Virus record (IMG/VR): IMGVR_UViG_3300035703_000021
Span: 1 to 64,000 of that record
DNA from: a virus
Length of the DNA stretch: 64,000 bases
Reading direction: 5' to 3' (one strand)
The translations under genes were made by a program, and so were the position numbers. The stretch's first letter is position 1; every line of letters begins with the position of its first letter. Below are positions 1-8,519 of the stretch, in pieces. The notes beneath the pieces were generated by a model, which was not told the DNA's origin, made no database searches, and saw only the letters and a list, made by a program, of their open reading frames with translations.

Positions 1-210
1 CCCGACTGGCCCCCCCCCGGCTTTTTCACGACCTCGCGTTTTTCACCCGCGCTAAAAAATGCCGAAGCCTGAAAAACTCAGTGGCCGCCCAGGCCGGGAG
101 GGGGGGTGGCTGTAGGATCGGACCCCCCGGGTGGCCTGGGACCCCTGCCAGACCCCTACGCGCACACGCACTTTTTTTGAATGGGCAATCTGCGATTACA
201 AATCGCCCGA

Positions 211-1020
211 TCACTCCACCTCGATAGTGAGCAACGGGTCGAAGGATAGGTTCAGGCCAGCATTATTGTACCCATTATAGTAACCACGAGGATTGCACAC
301 AACTCTGCAATGATCGCCGATCATGTAGTCAAAGGAGGTGTGGGTGTGGCCATGGGACCAGTAGCGGACCTGGGGATACGCCAGGATGAGCTCATCGAGG
401 TCGGAGACATAGGCGCCATTGGCTATGCCATTGGTCCGATACATAGCCGCCACGGACTGGTAGGAAGGCGCATGGTGCGTTAGCACCCAGACCTTGGCGT
501 CAGGGCCAAGACGCTCCAGTTCAGAAACAATATACGCTTTGGAGGCTTTGTGGAACTTAAGAGTATCGTCCGGGTTCATCTTCCTGTACTTAGGCGTAAT
601 CCTCACCGTCTTGTAGTCGTTCATGCACTGAGCCGCCTCCATCATTTCCAGTGGATTGGCGTTTCTGAAGTCGGTCCACAAGGTGCTGCCGATGAAGTGC
701 CAGTCCCCGATGCTCGCAGTATCGTCCTCCATGAGCCGGATGTTGGATGGAAGCGCCTCCGCAATCGCGCCAAAGGCGCCCTCGTAGTTGTACCCGTACG
801 GCTCGTGGTTGCCGGCCACATAGAGGATGGTGTCAAAGCCCTTAGAGCACTTCTCCAGGAACGCCTGGTACACCTCGCGAAGCCTCCCATCGCGTTTGAG
901 ATGGCGAGCGCACAGTATATCTCCACCAAGAATGAGGAGGTCGCCCTCACCCAAATCTGGCACACCATGCCCCATCTCACAACACTCTAGATGGAGGTCG
1001 CTTACCACTCTGACTCTCAT
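211..1020 (-). CDS. Calcineurin-like metallophosphoesterase
   Basis: Motifs VSDLH, GGDI, GNHE, THHAP, HGHTH, CNPRGY. Confidence 0.9.
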   Translation of the reverse strand: MRVRVVSDLHLECCEMGHGVPDLGEGDLLILGGDILCARHLKRDGRLREVYQAFLEKCSKGFDTILYVAGNHEPYGYNYEGAFGAIAEALPSNIRLMEDDTASIGDWHFIGSTLWTDFRNANPLEMMEAAQCMNDYKTVRITPKYRKMNPDDTLKFHKASKAYIVSELERLGPDAKVWVLTHHAPSYQSVAAMYRTNGIANGAYVSDLDELILAYPQVRYWSHGHTHTSFDYMIGDHCRVVCNPRGYYNGYNNAGLNLSFDPLLTIEVE

Positions 1021-1286
1021 TGGCTACACTCCAGCTCAGTGGCGATGGCGAGAATCGCCTCACGGATCGCGTCGTTTCTTGCTTCCATGCCTTTGTCCCA
1101 GTCACGATGACCTGTGTACGAAAAGTAAACTTCAGGGGCAACCTGATCCGCAGCAGCTCGCAGGGCGGCGGCGACGGTTGGTGCGTCAAGTTGCCAGCCC
1201 CAATCGCGAATCTGCGGTTGATCGCTTTTGTATAGCGCAAGCACGGCGTCTTTTACTGCCTGCGCGGCGGGGAAGAGGTTAGTCAT
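1017..1286 (-). CDS. Hypothetical protein (PAAQAV family)
   Basis: ORF coupled to neighbours; N-terminus shared with 1782..2093. Confidence 0.65.
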   Translation of the reverse strand: MTNLFPAAQAVKDAVLALYKSDQPQIRDWGWQLDAPTVAAALRAAADQVAPEVYFSYTGHRDWDKGMEARNDAIREAILAIATELECSQ

Positions 1287-1515
1287 CGTCGGAAGTCTCT
1301 TCACTTGTTGGTTCAGGTAGTACAGAAAAGTAACCTCTTGCTTCTAAAAGCGTGTAAGCAAAAAGTTCGGCTTTAGAAAAGGTGTCCAGACCAGCATTTA
1401 CCACAAAGGCTTTCTGCTGAATCTCTTGTTCGACTTCCCGCAAGAAATGAGCATAGAAGTAGGTGTTATCTACTTTGACCACCTTAGGTGGGGTTTCTGT
1501 AAGGATCCCAGTCAT
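1279..1515 (-). CDS. Hypothetical protein
   Basis: ORF in tightly packed minus-strand operon. Confidence 0.6.
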   Translation of the reverse strand: MTGILTETPPKVVKVDNTYFYAHFLREVEQEIQQKAFVVNAGLDTFSKAELFAYTLLEARGYFSVLPEPTSEETSDDD

Positions 1516-1775
1516 TGGCACCCCCAGAGAGCGAGGGCGTCAACGATTAGAGCGTGTACGCACTCCAGCCCTTCGTCACCACCGTCGTATACAAAGCTGT
1601 GCTCTGCGCACAGATCATCTACCTCGGCAAGCGTCGGCCCTTGCGGCTCGGGCTGGGCCAGGGCGAGGCGGGCGCGATCTACAACGGCCTGAAACCTTGG
1701 GCCATCGTTGGTGTCAATCACATCGTCTTCAATCGCTTGTAGCAGCTCAGCGCACAGTGCTCGGAAGTAAGTCAT
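1512..1775 (-). CDS. Hypothetical protein (MTxFRxLCAEL/QPEPQGPT family)
   Basis: Paralog of 2090..2332. Confidence 0.7.
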   Translation of the reverse strand: MTYFRALCAELLQAIEDDVIDTNDGPRFQAVVDRARLALAQPEPQGPTLAEVDDLCAEHSFVYDGGDEGLECVHALIVDALALWGCQ

Positions 1776-1781
1776 TAGTTT

Positions 1782-2093
1782 TCAGTGGTAGAGGTTTGCA
1801 ATCCGGCCAAAGGCTAAAAGTTGTTCCCCCTTGGCAGTGATTTTAAAGTCGCCACGGCAACCGCAGCCACAGCCGTCGACGAGGCCACGGCGCATGAGCT
1901 GGCGCATCTTGGCCAAGACCAATTTGTCTGGCGTACCAGGTGGCATACAGCGATGAACGTCGCGTTCGTCTTCAAAGAACCAGTTGCACCATTTGCCTTT
2001 GTGGCGCTGCAAGAATTTAAGGATCGGATGGTCCGGAATGTCTTTGCATTGCTTGGGCGCCGCCTGCGCGGCGGGGGAGAAAGGTTCAGTCAT
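1782..2093 (-). CDS. Hypothetical protein with GCGCGCRGD motif
   Basis: ORF with ATGA overlap. Confidence 0.7.
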   Translation of the reverse strand: MTEPFSPAAQAAPKQCKDIPDHPILKFLQRHKGKWCNWFFEDERDVHRCMPPGTPDKLVLAKMRQLMRRGLVDGCGCGCRGDFKITAKGEQLLAFGRIANLYH

Positions 2094-2332
2094 CGTAACT
2101 CCAGTACAGAACGAGCAATGTCAAGGAAAGTTTCTGGGCTGATGTAGTTCCAGTCGTTCTCATTGAAGAGTTCAACCAGTTCCTCATCCGTCGGCCCCTG
2201 CGGCTCGGGCTGAGTCAAAGCGGCTCGGGCGTCGTCAAGGCAGATCCCAAAGACAGTCTTATGCCGCAAGGGCCAGTTGGCTTTTTCCAAACAGTCAACA
2301 AGCTCAGCGCAAAGTGTTCGGAAGTCAGTCAT
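2090..2332 (-). CDS. Hypothetical protein (MTxFRxLCAEL/QPEPQGPT family)
   Basis: Paralog of 1512..1775; start taken at MTDFRT. Confidence 0.7.
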   Translation of the reverse strand: MTDFRTLCAELVDCLEKANWPLRHKTVFGICLDDARAALTQPEPQGPTDEELVELFNENDWNYISPETFLDIARSVLELR

Positions 2333-2678
2333 CGAGTTGCTCCAGTGCGCGGCGGATGGCGTCACGGTCACCTTCATTGCCAAATGAATGAACGGCATCT
2401 AGGGCCTTTAGCGCCTGCTCCTTCAAGCTCGGCGGCTTGGGGCGGCGGGCGGCGCGAAGGGAAAAACATGTGCCTGCATAACCACCGCTACCAAGCCACT
2501 CACAGCACGCCTCTAGTTCTTGGTCAGCGCCCCATTGGGCGGCACAGGTGGCGACATAGATGTCTGAATCCTCCTCTTCAATGGACAAGTCGCAATTCCA
2601 CTCCTGAAACCACTGCTGCACCAGCTCCGGCGGTGGGGTGATGGGATGAGAGGAGGCCATGGGGTGGGTTTCTGTCAT
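2325..2678 (-). CDS. Hypothetical cyanophage protein (HPITPPPELVQQW)
   Basis: ORF directly downstream of a TATAAT promoter. Confidence 0.7.
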   Translation of the reverse strand: MTETHPMASSHPITPPPELVQQWFQEWNCDLSIEEEDSDIYVATCAAQWGADQELEACCEWLGSGGYAGTCFSLRAARRPKPPSLKEQALKALDAVHSFGNEGDRDAIRRALEQLDD

Positions 2679-2680
2679 GA

Positions 2681-2741
2681 GACTATTATACTACGAAAAA
2701 AGCCCCGTCGCCGGGGCCAGTGGACCAGTTCACGAGGTGGC
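2681..2741 (-). promoter_or_regulatory. Early/middle-type promoter with embedded terminator hairpin
   Basis: GCCACCT-N4-AACTGGTCCAC box, GCCCCG/CGGGGC hairpin plus T-tract, TATAAT. Confidence 0.65.
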
Positions 2742-2924
2742 TCTCGCCCCTCCTCCGAACAGACACCCGATCAGGAACGCGATGAGGAAGCATTTCCAGA
2801 AGCCGAGCGTAACCCCAAACCACCCGAGCACGATGCCGATCAACCATGCCTGAAAGGCTAGAACACCAAACCCCAGAAGGAGGATGAGGGGAACGCCGAG
2901 AAGAATGAGGGTCTTACGGTTCAT
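2730..2924 (-). CDS. Small membrane protein
   Basis: Two or three hydrophobic segments. Confidence 0.7.
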   Translation of the reverse strand: MNRKTLILLGVPLILLLGFGVLAFQAWLIGIVLGWFGVTLGFWKCFLIAFLIGCLFGGGARATS

Positions 2925-3337
2925 TTGTCAACGCTCAAAGTAGGGACGGGCATACCACCCTCGGTGGGAACGTAGATGGTCTTGTTGCCATTCTTCGCCC
3001 CATCTTCCAGGCCGGTGATGTACAGATACTGAAGGTACTCGCGGTTGCCCTTGAGACTGTCGCCGATAATCTGGTTGGCCTGGGCAACGCCCTTGGCCCT
3101 CTCCACTTCCGCCATAGCGAGCTCTTTCGCGGAGTCGAGTTTGGCTTTGGCCTCGAGCACAGCGACCTGGCGGGTGAACTCCGCCTCCTGGAGTTGGGCC
3201 TTACCGTTCAGCGTCTTCGTGTAGACGCCGTACTGCGGCAGGCCAAATCCCAGCAGAGTGATAACCGCCACGCCGGCGATTACAGCGAGGATGGTGGTGG
3301 CGTAGCCGGATTCGTTGCGATTGATGCGATTAGTCAT
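2921..3337 (-). CDS. Membrane protein, SPFH/band-7 C-terminal-like
   Basis: TM helix, Ala/Glu coiled coil, AKGVAQANQIIGDSL..YLQYL..IYVPTEGGMP. Confidence 0.7.
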   Translation of the reverse strand: MTNRINRNESGYATTILAVIAGVAVITLLGFGLPQYGVYTKTLNGKAQLQEAEFTRQVAVLEAKAKLDSAKELAMAEVERAKGVAQANQIIGDSLKGNREYLQYLYITGLEDGAKNGNKTIYVPTEGGMPVPTLSVDK

Positions 3338-3612
3338 TGCGAGAGCTCGTTGAGTTTTTCGTAGATTGCGTCGGTGAGCTGGCTGACCAGCTCGGTGAAG
3401 AGTTCGGGTGAGATGTCCTCACCGGAGAACCCGATCTCCTGCTCGATGACGGTGCTGGAGACCAGCACAGCCACCTCCTGGAGGTTATCTGGGTCGGAGA
3501 AGTAACTCTTCATCGCGGCGAAGGCTATGTTGCTCTTGGCCGATACTGACAGGGACATTGGAGACGGAGGGGATAACGTATCAGGGGAGATGATCGAAAA
3601 CGTGTTTGTCAT
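3334..3612 (-). CDS. Hypothetical protein
   Basis: ORF with ATGA overlaps. Confidence 0.65.
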   Translation of the reverse strand: MTNTFSIISPDTLSPPSPMSLSVSAKSNIAFAAMKSYFSDPDNLQEVAVLVSSTVIEQEIGFSGEDISPELFTELVSQLTDAIYEKLNELSQ

Positions 3613-4118
3613 AAGGATTTCTTATCCCAGCCACTGAGGCTCGATTTCTCATCCACTCTATACCGAGTTGGGATCGGATCGCCCATCCTCCAGCCACTTC
3701 CCCATCTGGCCAGGAAGAGGCTCAGCGGGCCGTCATTGACCGCCTCCGGCCTATCGCCTCTGACGAAGATACACCAGGAGTCGTAGGCGTACTGACCGCA
3801 TCCATAGAGGTCCCGTGGGTCGGCGCCCGGGGCGCTTCCATCCCAAGTGAGGTACCCGAGGGACATGCCCCTCAGCCTCTTGGCCTTCACATTCATGAAA
3901 CCAAACGGCTTCAGCAGCTCCTCGAGCGAAGAATCGGACTGACTCAATGCCTTGGCATCCGGCCACCTCCCGAATAGGTCGTAGAGCGTATGATCCCAGG
4001 CCACGGTGCGCCGGGACTGATTAAGCAGAATAGCGGCCACGAGGATATGCCAGGCCGTAGGCAGAGCCTCCTGGACGAGCCATCCGCCCCTCGGGTACGG
4101 ACCCTGCGCGCTAGTCAC
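3609..4118 (-). CDS. MBD4-like HhH-GPD DNA glycosylase
   Basis: LVQE..W.ILVAAILLNQ..ELLKPFG..KAK..LYGCGQYAYDSWCIF..ND parallels the MBD4 catalytic domain; GTG start at 4118 inferred. Confidence 0.85.
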   Translation of the reverse strand: MTSAQGPYPRGGWLVQEALPTAWHILVAAILLNQSRRTVAWDHTLYDLFGRWPDAKALSQSDSSLEELLKPFGFMNVKAKRLRGMSLGYLTWDGSAPGADPRDLYGCGQYAYDSWCIFVRGDRPEAVNDGPLSLFLARWGSGWRMGDPIPTRYRVDEKSSLSGWDKKSL

Positions 4119-4359
4119 GCAGCACCTCCTGGCACCTTCGGATCTGCTCGAGGGGCGTGTAGGTGAACCAGATGTGCAGCGCCTGGGGCACCGGGAGTTT
4201 CTCGGCGTAGAACTCGTAGAGGAGTTCGTCGGGCACACGCCAGGCGGTCGGGCCTCCCTCATCGTCCCAGGCGCGGATGTACGCCGACAGCGATGGATAG
4301 GAGCGGATGAACGGATCGTCGTCGATGAGCGCCTCGAGTACTTCGATGGGGTTCATCAC
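4111..4359 (-). CDS. Hypothetical protein
   Basis: ORF with phage-like codon usage. Confidence 0.65.
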   Translation of the reverse strand: MMNPIEVLEALIDDDPFIRSYPSLSAYIRAWDDEGGPTAWRVPDELLYEFYAEKLPVPQALHIWFTYTPLEQIRRCQEVLRD

Positions 4360-4616
4360 TTGCTCACCTCAGCGTCTTTGGCACCGCTGCCTTCGGCAAC
4401 AACTGGAATGCGCCACTTCATATCCACGTCGTAACCCTCGGCGAGGGAGTAGGAGATTTGGGCCAGGCGGTGAAGCTCGGCCAGATCGTCACAGGGGATG
4501 GCGACCGTGCCTCCCTCCTCCGACTCGAGGGCGATGGAGTTGGTCCCGGCGTCGAACACGACGGACACTAGGTTCTCCCACGAGCCGATGGACGGAACAG
4601 CGGTTTGGTTGGCCAT
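4356..4616 (-). CDS. Hypothetical protein
   Basis: Start taken at MANQT, downstream of a TATGAT promoter. Confidence 0.6.
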   Translation of the reverse strand: MANQTAVPSIGSWENLVSVVFDAGTNSIALESEEGGTVAIPCDDLAELHRLAQISYSLAEGYDVDMKWRIPVVAEGSGAKDAEVSK

Positions 4617-4650
4617 GAAGATCAGGTAGTCAGTAGTATCCACCCACCAT

Positions 4651-4706
4651 TCTATCATAGCACAAAGGCCCCTGTAAAGGGGCTGTGGGCCAGCCTGCGG
4701 ACTGGC
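4651..4706 (-). promoter_or_regulatory. Early/middle-type promoter with hairpin
   Basis: Degenerate upstream box, GCCCCT/AGGGGC hairpin, TATGAT. Confidence 0.5.
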
Positions 4707-4731
4707 CATGGCACCTCAGTGCCTCGGCGCC

Positions 4732-4977
4732 TCAGAGCTTGCCACCCACCACGCCGTCGTACTTCCGGGCGCCATCGGCACTATCGCCCCACCCCTCCTG
4801 TAGCCCTTTGAGGTAGAACCGCGTGGCGGCAACGCACATCTCCAGCGTCAGAGATGTGATAAGCTCCCGATCTTCCGCCACTAAGCAGGAGACATACGTT
4901 CCCCAGCGCTGCTTCCGTACCGTGAAGGTCTCGTCGTAGGGCCCGAGCGTCTCCGATGCTTTGATCTCGTTGGTCAT
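4732..4977 (-). CDS. Conserved cyanophage hypothetical protein
   Basis: RWGTY..LITSLT..ATRFYLKG..YDGVVGGKL. Confidence 0.75.
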   Translation of the reverse strand: MTNEIKASETLGPYDETFTVRKQRWGTYVSCLVAEDRELITSLTLEMCVAATRFYLKGLQEGWGDSADGARKYDGVVGGKL

Positions 4978-5203
4978 AATTCTGGTCGTTCCAGTGCCGG
5001 ATCACTCCGGCCACAATAAAGATGTTAGTTGCTAAGTACGTAGTGAAGATGAGGGTGCGGATCACCGCCACCCTATCCGACTCTCGGTCGCAGGGCGAAG
5101 CCTTCTCACCGAGCGCCAGAGCCCACAGACGCCAGCGCGTGTATGCAGGCCGCTTGGGCCTTTTGTGTTTCCGATCCGTGGAGGATGGTGAATGTCTTCC
5201 CAT
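4781..5203 (-). CDS. Cyanophage small membrane protein overlapping both neighbours
   Basis: WRLWALALGEKAS.CDRESD.VA.IRT..VAGVIRHWN core; boundaries uncertain. Confidence 0.5.
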   Translation of the reverse strand: MGRHSPSSTDRKHKRPKRPAYTRWRLWALALGEKASPCDRESDRVAVIRTLIFTTYLATNIFIVAGVIRHWNDQNYDQRDQSIGDARALRRDLHGTEAALGNVCLLLSGGRSGAYHISDAGDVRCRHAVLPQRATGGVGR

Positions 5204-5672
5204 TTCTTGCCAGATAGTCTTTCAGGAACTCATCGAACTCCGCCGCCTGCTCCGCGGTCTCGTAGCGGCCGCGGGGGTCGAACGCCCCGTCGCGGTGGAG
5301 GACGTAATCTAAGTACCTCACGGTGCCGTCGGAGGCGGATACGTTGTAGTAGGAGTTGGCGGCCGCGGTGACGTAACTCCCGGCCTCTCCGTTGTGCCAC
5401 TCCGCGTAGGCGCCGGCGAGCATGACAGGGGAGTCGGTGACGATGTAATCAACCTTGCCGTAGAGCAGGGACTCGTAGGCGGACTGCTTGCCGAGGAGGT
5501 ATATCTGGTCGGTGGGGCGGACCTGTTTGCCTGACCACGCCCAGAGTTTGACATACTCGCGGACTAACTCAACGTGAAGGCCCTGCATCTTCATGTGGGC
5601 GAAGAGCAAAGCCGCCACGGTGGATTTGCCGACCCCGCTCCCGCCGTAGAGGTTGATGACGGTGGTGGTCAT
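5106..5672 (-). CDS. P-loop kinase (NadR/AAA_28-like), possible nucleotide kinase
   Basis: INLYGGSGVGKST, ELVREYVK, IVTDSP, GRYET. Confidence 0.8.
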   Translation of the reverse strand: MTTTVINLYGGSGVGKSTVAALLFAHMKMQGLHVELVREYVKLWAWSGKQVRPTDQIYLLGKQSAYESLLYGKVDYIVTDSPVMLAGAYAEWHNGEAGSYVTAAANSYYNVSASDGTVRYLDYVLHRDGAFDPRGRYETAEQAAEFDEFLKDYLARNGKTFTILHGSETQKAQAACIHALASVGSGAR

Positions 5673-6163
5673 TTGCTTGGGTAGGGCGCTGGTTTAATAT
5701 CGAGGTAGTTGGCAATCGCCTTGAGGTGGTTGAGTAGCTCGTAGGCGCCATTCCCATCCACCGGGCCGTGGGGTGAGGTGCAGTGGTTCTCGAGCCTCCA
5801 CAGTTCGTGGGCTACGCGTTTCTGAACCTCAGGCCCCATGAACTTAACCTGGCAGAAGTCGCTCTCATCCAGCTCCATGGGGGCGGGGGCAACGCTCTCT
5901 CCGTAGGTCTCCAGGATGTGCCTGGCCACCTTCTTGGCCATCTCGGGGGTCGCGATGCAGAGCGTCTCGGTGGCGCGTCCGTCTTTCGACTCGATGAAAG
6001 CGCCGTCGTCATCGAGTGAGATCTCGATGCGCTCCTCCCGAAGCTCGTAGTCAGTGCGCCGTCCGGTGTCCTCGTCGTCGTCGACTATGTAGTACTTCTG
6101 CCGGAAGACTTTGATGGTGGATTCGTGGATGGTGGGATCGTTGTGGTCTGGGATGTTTGCCAT
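5669..6163 (-). CDS. Hypothetical protein
   Basis: 164-aa ORF. Confidence 0.7.
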   Translation of the reverse strand: MANIPDHNDPTIHESTIKVFRQKYYIVDDDEDTGRRTDYELREERIEISLDDDGAFIESKDGRATETLCIATPEMAKKVARHILETYGESVAPAPMELDESDFCQVKFMGPEVQKRVAHELWRLENHCTSPHGPVDGNGAYELLNHLKAIANYLDIKPAPYPSK

Positions 6164-6196
6164 AGCGAGACTGTAATTGTTAAGAGAATGTTAAGA

Positions 6197-6490
6197 TCAG
6201 CGGTTGCGGAAGCTCTCCAGGTACTCGTTCATCTCCTCCAGATGCCGCGGAGTGTGCACTCTCAGATACGGAGTGTACTTGAGATGGGAGTTGCCATTGT
6301 GCACCCAGTGTCGCATGAGCTCCTCATCCCCGCCGAACTGGATGGCGAGATTGTCGTAGAGACGGATAAGCCCGATGGGGTTGGGGTTGGGGAGATTGGG
6401 GTCGAGCCCCAGCGCTGCGACAACCTCCCGTACGGCGTTATTGATGATTCGTCTGTCTTCTTCTGAGAGGGGTAAGCGTTCGGCTTCCAT
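6197..6490 (-). CDS. MbcA/ParS/Xre antitoxin C-terminal-like protein
   Basis: LIRLYDNLAIQFGGDEELMRHWVHNGN..L.YTP. Confidence 0.6.
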   Translation of the reverse strand: MEAERLPLSEEDRRIINNAVREVVAALGLDPNLPNPNPIGLIRLYDNLAIQFGGDEELMRHWVHNGNSHLKYTPYLRVHTPRHLEEMNEYLESFRNR

Positions 6491-6984
6491 TTAGCTCCGG
6501 TGAGTGTAGATATGAGAAAGCGGCGGATGGGGTGGAGGGTGGACTCGGTCTCCACTATAATCCCTTCCCACTCCCACTGGCCCGTGGGTTGGCCACTTCG
6601 CGCAGTGATCGAGAGCCGGGCGGAGGGGAAGGGGATTACAGTGCCCAGGCCCACGAACCCGCTCGTGTTCACGGTGAACTGCGGCGAACCACCGGTCCCG
6701 ATGACGAGGTCGTTACCGTACCCGGTGGTCAGGTTCTCCCCCGCGCTGAAGGTGCGCTCCAGCTCCGAGGCGACCCGGCGCTCCTCTATGTGTTCGGGTA
6801 TGAGAACATGCTCCTCCTCCCACCACCACGACAGCGCGCCCCAGAAGTCGCCGGGAGCGTTTTCGCCAATCCGGCGCCCGAAGCGCGACTCAGCGGCCAA
6901 GCGTATAAGCGCAGCGCCCACCACCAACCGGCGTATGAGCCTGGGGTTAGAAGGGCAGGCCTGGAAGGGTGTCGTAAGGGCCAT
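6262..6984 (-). CDS. Hypothetical protein with fibre-like GFVGLGT..P repeat
   Basis: ORF; 3' end overlaps 6197..6490 by about 230 nt. Confidence 0.45.
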   Translation of the reverse strand: MALTTPFQACPSNPRLIRRLVVGAALIRLAAESRFGRRIGENAPGDFWGALSWWWEEEHVLIPEHIEERRVASELERTFSAGENLTTGYGNDLVIGTGGSPQFTVNTSGFVGLGTVIPFPSARLSITARSGQPTGQWEWEGIIVETESTLHPIRRFLISTLTGAKWKPNAYPSQKKTDESSITPYGRLSQRWGSTPISPTPTPSGLSVSTTISPSSSAGMRSSCDTGCTMATPISSTLRI

Positions 6985-7243
6985 AGTTGGTGCCTGGGTC
7001 GTAGACGGGGTTGATGCACCCCTGGGGTTTGGAGGCGTTCCCTCCTATCTTACCATCCCGGCGGTCCGCTGCGTACGCCCACTGGCACACTTTGCGGGCG
7101 AGCGTCTTGCCATCCGAGGGGAGGTCGGGGCGGTGGGCGAAGTACACGCAGCCGTTGGCAATGCGTACCTCGCAGCGAGGGCATATGGACCAGGGGGATA
7201 GGTCGCCGGGGGCACCATCAGCGCCCGATGTAGATTCATTCAT
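6947..7243 (-). CDS. Cys-containing hypothetical protein
   Basis: CPRC..ARKVCQW..GCIN. Confidence 0.65.
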   Translation of the reverse strand: MNESTSGADGAPGDLSPWSICPRCEVRIANGCVYFAHRPDLPSDGKTLARKVCQWAYAADRRDGKIGGNASKPQGCINPVYDPGTNYGPYDTLPGLPF

Positions 7244-7581
7244 TTGAGTCGGAGTCCAGTGATCTGATTAGGGAGACGATTTTGGAGAGCTTCTCGCGCT
7301 TGTTGGTGGCGTCCTTGAGGTCGGCGTTAAAGTCCCGTGCGGAGCTCGGAGCTCCCTCGACGAAGGTGTTACTCAGGACTCTCTCGGTCATCGTCTCCTC
7401 GTACTTAACGTACTCCTGCTCGTAGGATTGGGCCAGGCGGAGAAGCAGCTCCTCGGTAAACCCTTCATCTCCCATGGACTCGTCGATGGCCATGATGAAG
7501 TTGATGGGGGTCGTTGTCGCCGTAGCCGTAGGTGAGGGATTCGATGATGTCGGTGATGTCGATCTCAGCGGTGATCTGCAT
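7236..7581 (-). pseudogene. Hypothetical gene with a +1 frameshift at a C5 run
   Basis: MQITAEIDITDII..GDNDP joins INFIMAIDESM if one C of GAC CCC C ATC (7506-7510) is skipped. Confidence 0.55.
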
Positions 7582-7625
7582 GATGAGTATAAGTACCTAG
7601 AGAGAGGGTGAGATGGCGATTGGGG

Positions 7626-8090
7626 TTACGAATCCCGGCTACCCTTGCGCCACGTGGCGTTGATGGAGGCTTTGCGAAGCTCCATCTCGGCGGCGGTTGG
7701 CGGGGCTTTGGGCTCCGGGGCGGGGACGATGAGCACATGCCCCGTCTCCTCGTCGAAGTGGTGGCCCTTGATCCATATGGTGATGGTCAGCTCAGCCGCG
7801 GTGACCCGGCGCTTGAGCTTGGTCTTCGCCTGCTTGGAGGCCTCTATGTCCTCCCACAGCAGCTTCTGGAGTTTGGTGTAGAGCTGGTTGAATTCGCTAC
7901 ACATCACCCACAGGTGGTTCCAGGAGTACTGCATGCCCGGCGGCGGCGGATTCCTGTAGAAGGACATGAGCGCGATGCATCGCTGCTCGAGCTCCGCGGG
8001 CATCTCCTTCTCATCGAGGAGGGCTTCGATGTTCCGGAGCATGCGGCTCCGGGTCTCGATGGCGTCGAAGTAGGGTTTCTGTTTTGCCAT
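7626..8090 (-). CDS. Hypothetical protein
   Basis: 154-aa ORF. Confidence 0.7.
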   Translation of the reverse strand: MAKQKPYFDAIETRSRMLRNIEALLDEKEMPAELEQRCIALMSFYRNPPPPGMQYSWNHLWVMCSEFNQLYTKLQKLLWEDIEASKQAKTKLKRRVTAAELTITIWIKGHHFDEETGHVLIVPAPEPKAPPTAAEMELRKASINATWRKGSRDS

Positions 8091-8105
8091 GGGGGGACGT
8101 TTACC

Positions 8106-8519
8106 TTACCAGGATGCTGTGTAGAAGACTTCGGACTTGCCCCTCCTCACCACTCGGATGAGGTGGTCGATGGCCCTGATCTCAGCATCGACGTGGTCCT
8201 GGGCGGATAGTTTGAGCGCGGGGTTGTCCCGGTCCTCCCAGTACTTGCGCAACGTGGTTCCGAATAGCAACTCCACCTTGAGGCCGAGGAGGTCCTGCTC
8301 GTCGAGGGGAATGTGGGCGCCGGTCATAACGGACTCGGCGTTTATGCCGTGGCGCTCCGCAGCTATCCCCAGCATCCAGCTATTCATCTCGCGATGGTTT
8401 CTCCAGTAGAGGATCTCGGAGGCGGCGGCGTGGTAGCCGGGGATGCGCCACAGCGGGCAGCGACCGTACTTGGCTATCTTGGCCTTGGAGAGTTTTCGTA
8501 TCGTGGCGTCGAGGCCCAT
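8106..8519 (-). CDS. Hypothetical phage protein (MGLD..YWRNH..W..FYTASW type)
   Basis: Recognisable N- and C-terminal motifs. Confidence 0.75.
   Translation of the reverse strand: MGLDATIRKLSKAKIAKYGRCPLWRIPGYHAAASEILYWRNHREMNSWMLGIAAERHGINAESVMTGAHIPLDEQDLLGLKVELLFGTTLRKYWEDRDNPALKLSAQDHVDAEIRAIDHLIRVVRRGKSEVFYTASW

Noticed and set aside
1-210. Non-coding C/G runs and A/T tracts at the window start; ORF 26..214
   Set aside because: Truncated context; tract spacing is not clearly helical-phased; the ORF looks spurious
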